Positions 24,640 through 36,866 of a stretch of DNA of 64,000 bases are shown here, piece after piece. The stretch covers positions 1,054,001-1,118,000 of the forward strand of contig OZ287074.1 in the NCBI GenBank assembly GCA_965645245.1, read 5' to 3'. Source of the stretch: Massalongia carnosa. Lineage: Eukaryota. The notes under the pieces were generated by a model. That model saw nothing but the letters and a program-made list of their open reading frames with translations. It was not told the origin of the DNA and searched no databases. The translations under genes were made by a program, and so were the position numbers. Every line of letters starts with the position of its first letter. The stretch's first letter is position 1.

Positions 24640-26706
24640 TAAGAGACTCGGGCTAGCGACGTAGAATGAAAGTTTATTGTTTAATTTATTTCCCGGTACA
24701 TAAGTTCTATTTTGAGAATTGAATGGTAACGGAACGGCCATGGTCGATCTTTGATGTTACTCGCTCGTTGCTAGATACCCCTTCCGCTGTACCTTGCCAT
24801 TTCCGCCAACTCGCTCGCTTTCCACTTGCATGCTCCTTTGCTCCATCAAAATTCTCTCAATGGATGTATTAGTTACGCATACTCGTCATTTCTGAAATCT
24901 TATAACAATGGCCTATCTCTCATCAATCGTCGCATGGCTCGCCCGATGTTTATCTTCTTGGAAAGGTTTAACCTACGCCGCCGTTAACATCGCTATCCTT
25001 GTTCTTCGAAATGGATGTTCAGCTTCCGTGCTTCCGCGGTCGCCGATTAGCCAGCAATTAGCCGACACCAACACTCGTTTGGGTTTAAATGCGGAATCCC
25101 TCTTACCTACGCTCACCCACTTTTCCTTCCATGTATCCGACTTTCCTCCCTCCGGGCTCCATCTCGCTGGGGTTTAAGAAACGGTCAACCCCAAAGCAGA
25201 AGGCATGCAGGCTGGAGAAAGCTCACTGCAGATGGCCAAAACCAGCACGTCTCTTCTTCAGCTACTAACAGAGGAAGTTCCTTGCGCGAAACTCGCTAAA
25301 TCTTCCAACCTTTGAAACAAGCCATTCCGGTCTAGAAAGATCATGTAAGGTCGAAAAGAGGACCGAACGATCCTTATATCTAGGAGGGGGGGGGACTGCT
25401 TCCTAGAACGCCGCTATTGAGGAGAGAACGAGAGAACGTTAGGAGAGCTGAATTCCAACTCCCAACCCCTTCCACTTCCCTTGTGCGTCTGAGTGTGTGT
25501 GCTTTGAATTAGTGTAAAATAAAAAAAATGCAAGCAAATGCAAAGCTTCTTCAATTTTCTGATATCCATGGATGTAAATTTAAACCCTCCGAACTAAGCA
25601 GCTCCTTGGTTCCTTGAGTCGTTTAGACCTCTTCTCCCCTCGTGAATCTCTAACTCCCTCTCCTCCATTATCCCATCTCATCTCCTTAGTAAACTCTAAT
25701 ATACCTACCTATTTGCTCCACTTCCCTTCTCCCCCCAATCTTTCCCCTTCCTCCATCTCTCGCCCTCTCGCCCTCTCGCCCCCTCGCCCCCCCTCCCCGC
25801 CTCCCTCCCTTTAGACCTCCTAGCCCCCATTACACCTCTTACCTAGTAACTGAAAGGATCGAAGAAACATCATGAAAACAAGCAAAGGAAGGAAGAACCC
25901 CCGACAAGATGGAGTGTAGAGAAAAAGAACAGATGAACAGGACGAGAAAGCCGATATGTTTCGTTTCGGGGGGGGATTTTTTTAATTCTTTTTTATGTTT
26001 AGAAAAAATCTACAATCCAAACAGGTTGAGCTAGGAAAGGGGGAGATGGCGACAGCGATTAAGATCGACAAAATAAATTTCCCCGAATAGTAGGACATGC
26101 ATGCATCACATCATGATGCTAATGATGCAAAAAGCAAAAGCGAGAGATGGCGCAAATGGAAGAATGGGGAAAAAACAACAGAAGTGGGACCGAGTTGGCT
26201 GGACTGTGGGTTTGGTGGAGGAGCGAGTGGAAAAGGGGGAAAAAAGAGATAAGGGGAAAGTGGGGTGGGGATTTGATGGGGAGAATGTTCTTGGGAAATA
26301 AGGGGGTGGAAACATCTAAAGACCAGGGAGGGATGTATGTGTATCAATGTAAAGGTTTCGAATGGGGTTTCGTATGGACGCAACAGGATCTTCGCCATGT
26401 CGAATTGACTTGGGTTTTGGTTTTGGCGGATTTTCCAATCGACTTTTCCTTCCAGATAAATTGTTAGGGAGATGATGCTTTCTCATACATGTGCAGGATG
26501 GCTCTATTCATGGCTACGGGGCGTACTGTACTGCAAGGTAGGTACGTAAGTTGAAAATAGACAAGTAAATTGGTAGCGAATCCTTCCTCTCTCGATTAAA
26601 TGCCTAACTCAAAGCCATCATCCACTCCAAAAAGAATGACCTAGCGCTGTAATGCCTCCGTCCAAAGCAAAGCCATGCCCTAAAACCATCCCTTCATCGT
26701 GCCCCT

Positions 26707-27192
26707 TTAACTCACTCGACAATGTTCGGTCACGATGGCCTCAATAGCGGCCTTGTTAGCGCCCACCACCTCGCCAATCTTGGTGCCGTCCTTGAAGAAG
26801 AAAAAGGTCGGCATTGCGCGGACGCCCAGCTCCTGGGCGAGTTCGGGCAGCTCGTCGACGTCGACCTTGTAGAAGCGGCCGTTGGGATAGGCTTCGGCCA
26901 TCTTAACGATTTCAGGGGCAATCACTTTGCAAGGGCCGCACCAGGTGGCGAAGCAGTCGATGACAACAAAAGAGGATTCTTTGACGAGTTTATGAAACTC
27001 AGCACTGCTGTTGACGGGGACGAGAGGGGTTTAGTGCGGGGTTCCAGTATTGGGGGAAGGAAGTGCGCGAGGAACTAGGCGTGAGAAGATGGGTGATTTG
27101 GAAAAAGAGAACGAGCTTGATACGGGAAATGGGTGATACAGATGATACACATGAAGATGGAAGACACTTTACCTTTGGATGTTGTGAACCAT
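26707..27192 (-). CDS. Thioredoxin (intron 27172 to about 27005); possible N-terminally extended isoform from 27522
   Basis: [12 protein letters not shown] active site, VDVDE, AMPTF, VVGAN; first exon MVHNIQS. Confidence 0.95.
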
Positions 27193-27549
27193 TTTTGCGG
27201 CTGTAGAGTGAACGCCTCGAACTTGCGGAGCTGGATTGACGTGTCTATTCTTCAGAGTGTGCAGCAGGGAAGTCCTTGTTGTAGTTATTGTAGTAGTAGT
27301 AGTAGTAGTAGTAGTAGCAGCACCAAAGAAAGTCCGAGTGAAGTATTGTTGATGATGTTGTTGATGATGTTGTTGATGATGGTGGTGGGGGGATGTGGGG
27401 TGGAATGAGGCTTTATATGACAAGAGACGGAGACAATCAGAGGATGCACGGCGGCGGACTGCTTTGAAAGCAAGCGTTGGTTGGAAGGTGCTCGGCATAA
27501 GGGAATTTGGAATTCTCTCCATTTTGCGTTGAAGGGGCTTGACTGATGG

Positions 27550-27669
27550 TCACGTGAGGGTGAATGAACGCTAAGGGAGGGGAATGACGCAATGAGAGGG
27601 GTATGCGTCAAATAAAAATCAGTCGTCAATCGTTAGTTAGTCATCAACTAGTCATCCTTCATGAGTCAT
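27550..27669. promoter_or_regulatory. Cluster of bZIP AP-1/Yap1-type sites and an E-box upstream of thioredoxin
   Basis: TCACGTGA 27550-27557; TTAGTCA 27637-27643; CTAGTCAT 27648-27655; ATGAGTCAT 27661-27669. Confidence 0.6.
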
Positions 27670-28642
27670 CCGTCTTGGCTCCTAAAACCCTGTTCTGCCA
27701 TGGATGTGGGTTCCTTGAGGGCAATAGATAGTTAATCGCGAGTATCGGGTCAAGCGTGAACTACAAGGCATACATAGACATTGGACCAACTTAACCTCTC
27801 CATGGTGACATATCTCTACCTGGCCGATGGCTGGATCACACAACATCCAACATCCCAGTAGAGCACCGTACAACGGAGCAAAGACACCACAAGGCAACAC
27901 ATCGGTGAAGACTGGAAAACGAGTTGATGTCTACCTGCTGCATGCATGGGCAAATTACATCCGTCTATCCTGAATCCGATCAAAGCCGTAAGAGGCTCAA
28001 GATCTCCTTTGAGATCCGTGTGCTGTCCATGGAAGTCCAAGTAGCTAGGCTTCCCTCCAACTGATATCTTGCACACTCTAGGAACCCATGTGTTCAGCCT
28101 GAAGTCAAATCCAACGAGACAAGGCGGCTTTCGATCCATCAATGAACCTACTCTCTGCCTTGAATGTGTTGCATCGCCCTAAACCTACTGGCCGAAGGCG
28201 GACGTTCCTCACATGAGGCGTCGCCGGGTTCTGGGGTGTCGATCGTGATGGAGATGAAATCATCACCGAGTGGCCTGCAATGTAAAATGAAAAACGCCGT
28301 AAAGATCCATCGCCCTGTCCTTGTCGTTGGCGTAGAATAATGAAGGTTGCGGAGCACTTCCTATCCTTCAATTTCTGCCAGATGTATGCCGTGGACGCAA
28401 GTCGCTGATGCTTGGGGAAAAAACATGTAAAACGCTAGGGAGAAGATGCTGATCGCTATGCCGCCTGAAATGCTAGGATGGTAAATCGAGGGTCGTAGAT
28501 GTTGATTGATCGAAGTAATTTATGTACTGTTCGCGTTAGCGAGAGCAGGGATAGAATTGAGGTATGCCGAGCGACGTAATATGGTAGGGGCTGCGCGATA
28601 GGCGAGTTTGACGTTGATGGTGCTATAGAAGAAGGAAGCGCA

Positions 28643-30238
28643 TTAGATATAGAGCACTTTAATGTGGGCTTCGATCGCAGGTGCATTCTCTTTTCCTTCC
28701 TTCACGGTGAGAGGTACGGTAGGATTCTGTCCGTTATTGGCACGTCGTGCAGCTGCACCTTGCTTGCGCTCTTTGGAGGCTGCTTTCTGAGCTGTCTTCT
28801 TCTGGTCCTTCAAATCCCGGCGTGTAAGGTGTCTCCGCTTGGCCTGACCGAGTGGAAGTTGCTGAACCTTGCCATTGGCTCGATTGGCAGGTTTGCCTGG
28901 AACGTGTAAATAATCGCCTTGGCTGCTTGAAGGGGTGTTGCATTTCTTTGGCTGGGTTAATTTCAAGCGTACACCGCCTGAGCGAGGCTTGCTGGCGGTA
29001 GAATAATCCGATGCAGAGGTCGAAACGGAGGCGGATTCAGAGTCTTTGTAGGGCGAGTTGTTACGCCAATCCTCTTCTTCTATCTCATCGGTGTATTGGA
29101 GTTTGACGCCATTAAGATGGTTTGCATTTAGGGGCAACGAATGTTCAATGGTGGTTGGTAGATGGTCAACTTTTAGTCGAAAGCTAAGGTCTTCGGTGCA
29201 ACGTTCCTCTTTCTCTTGAGTAAGAGTTCGTGTTGCTCGACTCATGCGTCGGTCTTGCCTCTTCTTAGGCCCGCGGATAGGTTCCTCGTCATCGCTGTCG
29301 GCATCTCGCTCAACGCTTAAGCTGCCTTGGCGGGAAGAAGCACTGCTCTGTTCCTCGGCGTCCAACAACTTGGAAACAGCGGCATCGATATTGCCTTTAC
29401 ATTCTTCAATCATCTTCTGGATTGCTTGTCGATCCGCTAGATACGGTAAGGATTGCATGACAACGTTGACCATCCATGGTAGAACGTAGGGGGCGTTGGC
29501 GAGTTTCTTGTTTTCTTCCTTTGCATCTTCCGCGGAAAGGTGAGCTTGCTTGACGAAAGGAAGACCGGTATGAGGTCCCTCGATATTTCGGATAGACGAA
29601 TAGTGCTCCCACACCTAGTCATACCGTCAGTTTCATTCTCGGCAATTCGGGCTTCGAGCGTCCTAAGGCAGCTTACATGGTATGCAATGTGCACCATTGG
29701 AACCACTGTGCCCTCGGGCTTGGTCGACACCACGTAGCAAAAGTCCCGCTGATAAATCTTTACATCCACATTGAATGCTTCGCTAAAGGCGGAGATTTCC
29801 ATGTTGTCTCCCCAGGTGCCACCGCGGGCCATTTGCAGCAAGTGGTTCTCGAACTTTCGGTCGATTTCTTCAGCAGTAGGGGCAGTATTATTAAATGGTG
29901 TAGAGAACGATCCAGCGTTCTTTCGTTTAGGGTTTCTTCGCACTCCGCCTCCAGGGTGGACCTCAATGAACTGCTTGTAGTACGCGGCATTCTCACGCAT
30001 ATATTTGATTACGCCAGAGCGAAGCTCGCCGTGCTTGGTCTGATCCCCATACATTTGATCAGAGAGGGCATTGAAGAGACAGTTGCCTATAATAGAGAAA
30101 TGTCATTAGCAACATGAGACTAGGACGTCACAAGTGTTGGGCGGTTGAGGGCACTCTAGACATGCCGTTTCCATCTATATCCTTCACGTAAAGTCCAACA
30201 TCATGCAGTAACGGGAACTCGTTTGTAGTGATACCCAT
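28643..30238 (-). CDS. OTU-family deubiquitinase with CUE-like domain (GC-AG intron 30165-30087; second intron 29676-29615)
   Basis: Spliced GNGNCLFNALSDQ, TWGDNMEI, AYHVWEHYSS; CUE-like CKGNIDAAVSKLL. Confidence 0.9.
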
Positions 30239-30951
30239 GATGGGTGAGGTGGAAAGCAAACTGTATGGGTTTTTTCTCAAAGATTGATGGAATTCTACAT
30301 GAAAGAAGTGTAAAAGCAAAGAGGTTTGGAAGGTGGGTGGGTGGTTGGGAGGTATTAAATAGTCTTGTGGGTGAATGCTGAATAGCTGAGACAACTCTTT
30401 TTCATGGGGTTAAAGTCACGAAAGCAAGTGTTGTACAAGTATGTGTCGAAAGTTTCTCCCACTTGCATTTGTGAATGTTGGTACCTAAGTTGAATCCGAT
30501 AGTTAGGAAAGGTCCTTTCCCAGAACAAGGCGTCCTGGCGTCACTATATATTCCGCTTTGCCAGTCAAATCTACACGCTAACCTCTCACTTGGATTGTTT
30601 GGGAGCCAGGAGAGGCGCCCCCTTTGAAGCCTGTTGCCTCTCCCTAAGTCTAACTGGGACAACGCGCATATTTGACACATGTAAAGATTGATGGGGGAAA
30701 TGTTTGGCCTCAGCTACGTCAATGACAGTTTTCGTCTGACGATTAGGATCCGTTCGTCAATGTGTAGACAAGTATTCGAACTAGGAATATTTCAATTCTT
30801 ACATTTTGAACATTTTGTTCCTTTTATCGGCCCGCCTGATACATACTCTAGTTAGATTAACGTTAGTGACCTGCTACATACCATCTGACTTAGACCCGTG
30901 TCCGGCATTTCTCCGTCGTCTCCATCTTCCCCAACTTGCACCGCACAGATC

Positions 30952-32367
30952 ATGGCAGAAGTACGAATTGTCGTAGTCGGGTGAGGCGTCCAAATGATTG
31001 GCAGTCTTCAACAATCACAATGGCTGACAATGTTCTCGTAATTGCTTAGCGCAGGAGTCGCAGGGCTGACCACGGCGTTGCTATTATCGAGGGAAAATCC
31101 AAAATATCAAATTACGGTAGCGGCAAAGCACATGCCGGGCGACTATGCCATTGAATATGCATCGCCGTGGGCAGGCGCGCATTACTTGCCGTCAGTCTCT
31201 TCCATGTGCTTTAGAACACCACCGAGGAGAAATCTCTAATTCTTAACGAGTCTTGTCTGGGTGGTGTTGGTGGACAGGTAACTAACCCTAACCATGCTCT
31301 TTAGGGTTTCCGCCCCTGGCACCGAAGCCGAGCGTTGGGAACGAGATACTTGGTTTGAGCTTGAAAAACTGGCCAGACTTCATCCGGAGTCGGGCATTCA
31401 TTTCCAAGGTTCGTCCTGCATGTTTAGAGCTTGTGAGGTCTGAGCGTTAAGCGTAGGTAGAGCTGGCGGTCTATAATCGCACAAAAGAACAGACGTTGAA
31501 GAGGGGTGAGCCCTGGTACAAAGATATGGTCCCAAACGTATGTTAAATGAACGGGTTTATGATAAGGCACGCCCTCATGGATCCTCCGGTTTGTAGTATA
31601 GACCCATCCCCCGAGACCAGCTTGGCCCTGGAATCGACAGCGGGAACATGTTCACATCCGTATGCATTAACACAGCTTTATATCTTCCATGGCTAGTCTC
31701 CCAATGCCTCAAAGCAGGTATCGTCGTCAAGCGAGAGATCTTCGGTCATATCTCCGATGCGGCCAAAGTTCACCATTCGGGGAAGAAAGCCCACCTTGTT
31801 GTAAACTGCACGGGCCTATCGGCAGGTAAGCTAGGCGGCGTAGAAGACAGGCACATGACTCCTGCTCGGGGCCAGACGGTGCTGGTAAGGAATGAACCCG
31901 GGTTCATGAGCGGCATCGACGAATGGGACGAGGAGCTGACCTATGTCATGCAACGCGCTGCCGGTAAGAAGGTGCACATATGCAGCGTATTCGGGACTGA
32001 GTTAACACTTCCCAACTTTCCAGGGGGTGGAACGCTGTTGGGAGGTTGCTATCAGAAGGGCAATTGGGATCCCCAGGTGGATCTAGACCTTGCCAACAGG
32101 ATCATGACGCGGGCGATTGAACTCTGTCCAGCGCTGACTGGCGGGAAAGGCATCGAGCATCTCTATATCATACGCCATGGCGTAGGTTTGAGGCCGCTGC
32201 GGCTGGGTGGCACGAGGATCGAGAAGGAGAAGATTGATGGGGTCTGGACAGTCCATAACTATGGGCATGGGGGGTACGGGTATCAAAGTTCCTATGGCTG
32301 CGCGCAAGCGGCGGTAAGGCTTGTTAAAGAGGCGCTAGATCTTGAAGCACCTAAAGCAAGGTTATAA
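30952..32367 (+). CDS. D-amino acid oxidase, multi-exon, PTS1-like ARL
   Basis: IVVVGAGVAG FAD motif, ASPWAGA, VVNCTG, PARGQ, VGLRP, VHNYGHGGYGYQSSYG. Confidence 0.95.
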
Positions 32368-34880
32368 AGGAACAATACAAAGCTGATGGGAGACTACAGG
32401 CAGAAATAGAAATATGTCTCCACTTGAATAATACCATTTATTCTCTGCGCTATCGTAACTTAGTTGCTCAGACTAATAAACTAAAAATTGCAACTAACCA
32501 GCTACGCAGTGTAACCAATGCGAGAAAGAGTAATCGAGCGAACACATAGCCATTCAAGTCCAGTAATACCTCAGTTACGATTCCACGGCCGAAAAAGAAT
32601 GAGAATCCAAAGGCAGCAACGAATAAGAGAGCGTATCACAACGCTGAACTTGCCCCAGGTCTTTCTCTTGGCTCTTTGAAGTTCTTGTAAACTTATCTCC
32701 ATCGGATTGCAAACAGGGCAAAACACCCATCAAGGCAAATTGATCACCCAGAGGTAGCTTGACCTCCTTACCAACTCTACTCAGGGACTCATCACTCTGT
32801 TGAGAATATGCTAATGGACCTCAATGCTTTGAGGAAAGTCCTCCACAATAGTCTCCACGAAGGTCTCCAAATGGTCATTCTTGAAACCTGACAGTTTACT
32901 CTCGCTTGAGTAATCTAGGAGCGGTTTCGCCCAAAGCTTACTGACGAGTTAATATTTTTGTCGATCGTCAAAGGGAGAATGCTTTTGCCAGAGACCTTTG
33001 AAGGACTAACATATCTACTCAGAGTGCTATATCACTTCTGAAGTTGCCTCTTGCCTGTCCCATTCGGTGATACCTTTTCGCGATGATTTAAGTACGTTAA
33101 GACTGCAAAGAAGTGAACCAAAACCTAATCTGCACTTTTCAGAAGCAATGTTTGCACATGTGCAAGTGCTATTCAAGGCAAAGTGATGATAGGATCTAGA
33201 AACTAAGTGAGACGCATGAACTTATATGAGAGCCGAAGCCTGACCATTTTCGATTGTTTTATAAGTTATCCTTAGGTAAGCTTCCCTGAGAGAAATCGTG
33301 TGTCCGCCTATGATTTGACTAGGTCGCCTTGGAGGCTTCAAGTAAAAGGCGAGACTCTGTTGGAGCGGACCGTTCCGAGTTCTAGGATTTTTATATGTTC
33401 TAAACCAAAACTCAAATAACATTGGTCAAGGAAAATGTGTCTTCGTCCAAGTAGAATTATCCTGCCATCGATAAGCTTCACTAGGAGATCTGATGGCGTA
33501 CTTTCAATATGATTATTGGATTTCTGCTGTTTCCGCCAGAGGAGAATGGAGTGACTCGATCAGATATGTGATACTAGGCTTTCCCCAATTGTTCATTAGC
33601 TTTAGCATAGGGATAGCCTTGTAGACAAGAAAGAAGTGTGCGTCGGTTGATAGCCCATTCTAAGATGTTTAGTTTGAAGGGATAGAAAAAATCAATAAAT
33701 TAGCTGCTTGAGCAGTTTGAAGCGCTAACACGTGCAGAAGAACGTTAATCTGACTGCAAACGAACGATATATGACGTTAGGAAACTCATTACTAAATATG
33801 CATCTTTTCACTCAAAACAAGTAGCAAAAAGCTTGACCACGTAACATTGACTTCTCATAAAACTCATCCGAGAGCCCGGAACTCCTTTAAACCGGCATCG
33901 TTGTTCGGCTCAGGATGCAGGTCTACGAAGGAGGAAGGCCCTCTGTTTTTGGTCTCGGCGAACGGAAGTGGTTTTGGTGGAGCAAAAAGTTATTGAAATT
34001 TTTGCTTATCAAAAAAGAAGAGGAAGGTTGTGTATGCCGAGTTCTCCCACCATACGCAGTAGTAGCCCAGGCTAAATTGTAGTTTCAAACCCACGTACTC
34101 TGTATCTGATCTAAGGAAAATGGGTAGAAATGTAAAGATAAAACCCAATAGAGGATATGATGATTTCGTTGCAATAACCATAATGTTGAATAGTCTTCTT
34201 AGCAGATGTGCTCAGGCTGTCGGTCCTCTAGCTTTAACTGCCGCGACGAGCAAAAATTTGCAAAAACTCCAAAATCAAGCGAACAGGGGCATTCTTTCCA
34301 AGGATGCACAGCTTTGGCCCTTGGGCCTGTGTGCTACGACCGTGAGGAGATTAAAGATGTATGATGGATGTTATTAGACCCCATCTGCTAGGCCAGTTCC
34401 CGACGATATATCGCAATTCCTGGCACACGGGAAGGGTTCTGGTCCTTATAAGATAGCATCTAGACTGCCTTGATTGAAAGATCTGTCGGTACGGCCGAAG
34501 GAAAATTTAGGAGTTCTTCTTTCAGTTTGACAGTCCAAGAGGCGTCAAAAGATTAATGAAGAGACGTGGGGCAAAGGGCCCAAGAGCGTGGGGGTTGGTG
34601 TACAACGGGAAGGAACTTCGGTGGCTTGAGAGTTTCTAGAATGAAGTTCCTAAGGGGTACTCTGTACTACGAAACGCTAATTTGGTTTAGGTGATTGGGT
34701 AGTTAAGGTATGGTTTCAATGCCAAGGCTTCAGCTTTCGTCTTCCACTCCCACAAGACGCTTTCTGTCAACTCCATACTTCCATCACTTGCCTGAATAGC
34801 ACTGCTGTTACAGACTGCTCGATCCTCTCGAAACCCAGCTTCCGATTTCTTGATCATCCATCATCTCCCGATCACTAGTC

Positions 34881-35587
34881 ATGGACTACTCTAATATCTT
34901 GTAAGTTCCTCGTTACCCCCCCCCCCGCCCCCCGAAACGGTTTTTCTTTTCACGCGTTAGCTTTTCGCGCGATCCCTAGAGACTTTTGCGCTTTAATCGC
35001 TGATCGTACAAATTTGGCAGTCGGCTTGTGAACCTGGTGGTTGGCGGTGTAATGATACTCGGCGGCATAAGCCAATTTTTTCCCCTCCCACCTGGATTGT
35101 AAGACTTCCCGTTGCCAGTCGGGACCCCTGTCTCACAACATCTGATGTTTTGCGATAGCCAAAGTACAATAGTTGGGTGCTATGTGATTGTTTTTGGCGC
35201 AGGTGAGCACGATCGAGATTATCCCGTTGGAACCTTGCACTAACTTCACCTTTGCAGCGACTCTAGTGCTCGAGTTTCAAATCCCGCCCTACCTCTCAAG
35301 ATGGGCACCATTCCTGTTTAGTTTCTTGGGCCGAGGGATTTGTACGTTTTTGCATCGACGTGGAGTGATTGGGGTTGTGGACAGGGTGGACAGGGTGCTA
35401 ACTTGACGCGCTAGTCTATATTTTCGTTGGTTCTATACTACTTCATGAGTCTGTCCTACGGATCGTTGCAGGTTCGATCATAGCCATTGTGGGTGTCGGC
35501 TATGTGGTGCTGGAGTATATACCGTCGATTGAGCCGCCACAGAACATGAGAGACGCGGGAGGGGAATGGGGTGCAGAGCAGATATGA
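34881..35587 (+). CDS. TVP15: Golgi membrane protein TVP15 / COPI-associated family, 5 exons
   Basis: Spliced MDYSNIFRLVNL..LEFQIPP..FLFSFLGRGIFYIFVG..LEYIPSIEPPQNMR. Confidence 0.88.
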
Positions 35588-36079
35588 AGCAACGTCTGAA
35601 GGATCATGCACACCTTTGATCAGAGGAGAACATCGTTGTATATCACCGTTTTCGGTTTTTGTATACAGAGGTGGAGACGTTCTAATTGGATGAAGTTGCG
35701 AGGAATGGTGATAGCCAGGGCCACTGATCATGCACAGACCGTGGAAACCCTGGGGAATAATACCATAGTGATGGTGAGAGAAGGCATGACGGATCTAATC
35801 TTGACACAAATTTGGTTTAAAATAGCATTGAGCTAGGATAGAGTTTTTGGCAGCAGGAAGCGGAGAGGCAAGCATGGCAAAGCAAGATTCATCAGTGCGT
35901 CGGTAGGTTATGATCAATGCGAGATAGGTTTTGTTTGGACAACGTACTCTTTGGGATAGGAGTCCCGATGAGAACGGCGAGGTCAACTGATTGATTTGAT
36001 TACCTCTTGATCGAAGCGTGGCTCCTATTACGATTAGATTCGGGTTCTCGTTTGCTTCCGACATTCTTCCGGGCGGCAG

Positions 36080-36107
36080 CCAATCAACGGTGAAACATTG
36101 GTATTAC
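36080..36107 (+). promoter_or_regulatory. CCAAT-binding complex:HapX composite site upstream of sreA
   Basis: CCAAT-caacggtgaaac-ATT-ggta-TTAC matches CSAAT-N12-RWT-N4-TKAN; CCAAT-N12-ATT also reads on the reverse strand. Confidence 0.75.
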
Positions 36108-36301
36108 TCAGCATCTCTTTGCGATTTCGCATTTCCCGGAAAAATGGAGAAAGCAGAAGGGAAAAGCACCATAAAGCCAAGGCTTCTTGTCTGGGCTTAA
36201 CTAGGCAATACGAACGTAAGCAAACGTAAGAAAACGGAAGGTAACACACGTTGACGACCTACCTAGGAAAGACATGTATCTTAATAGCTCCCGTACTTTC
36301 G

Positions 36302-36310
36302 ATCTGATAA
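36302..36310 (+). promoter_or_regulatory. SreA-type extended GATA box ATCTGATAA upstream of sreA
   Basis: Exact match to ATCWGATAA. Confidence 0.55.
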
Positions 36311-36866
36311 CCTCGATACCCAACTCCACTTGAACCCATCCCTCCCCCCAAAGACGGTATCGATCTGCTGCTGACCCTAACCCGCCGCCTTCGACTCATC
36401 CTCGTCAAAAAATAAAATAAACACTGGCTTGTCGTCTTGCTTCTGCAATTGTGCATTTCATACCATCTCCTCACCTACCTTGCCCCCCAAATAAAAAATT
36501 GCCCAGACGACTTTCTCCTGCTACCCACCTCTCATCCGCTCCCCCCCAGCAGCCGTAAGCTATCTTCCTTTTCCTTTCTTTTTCTCTCCCACTGAAATCT
36601 TGGTGTGAAGGTTCGTGTTGTTCACTCTCAGATCGATAGACCTGCAGCCATACCTTGCACCGCTTGGTGGTCTCCCATACCCCAGCCAATCCTTGATTCT
36701 ACAGCTCACGCTACGGAATTTTTTCTGAAAGCAGAAGCATATTGAAAACTTGAGGCATTTACGAGGCTAGACGCGTACTGAATTCCCTCAGCAAAGCCTT
36801 CGCTAGTGGCGGTTTCTTGATATATACAGCCCATCCAGGCCCCCGATCCAACCTCAAGATGCGAAG

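Noticed and set aside
25560..26470. Short ORFs in CT/GA-rich DNA
   Set aside because: Low-complexity translations with no coherent splice model.
31282..31293. CTAACCCTAACC as telomere repeat or telomerase template
   Set aside because: Two units only, at the branch-point position of a DAO intron.
32450..34700. Possible decayed gene between DAO and TVP15
   Set aside because: Only short stop-riddled frames with no family motif I can recognise; the same applies to 11340-11800, 19500-20600 and 53940-54730.
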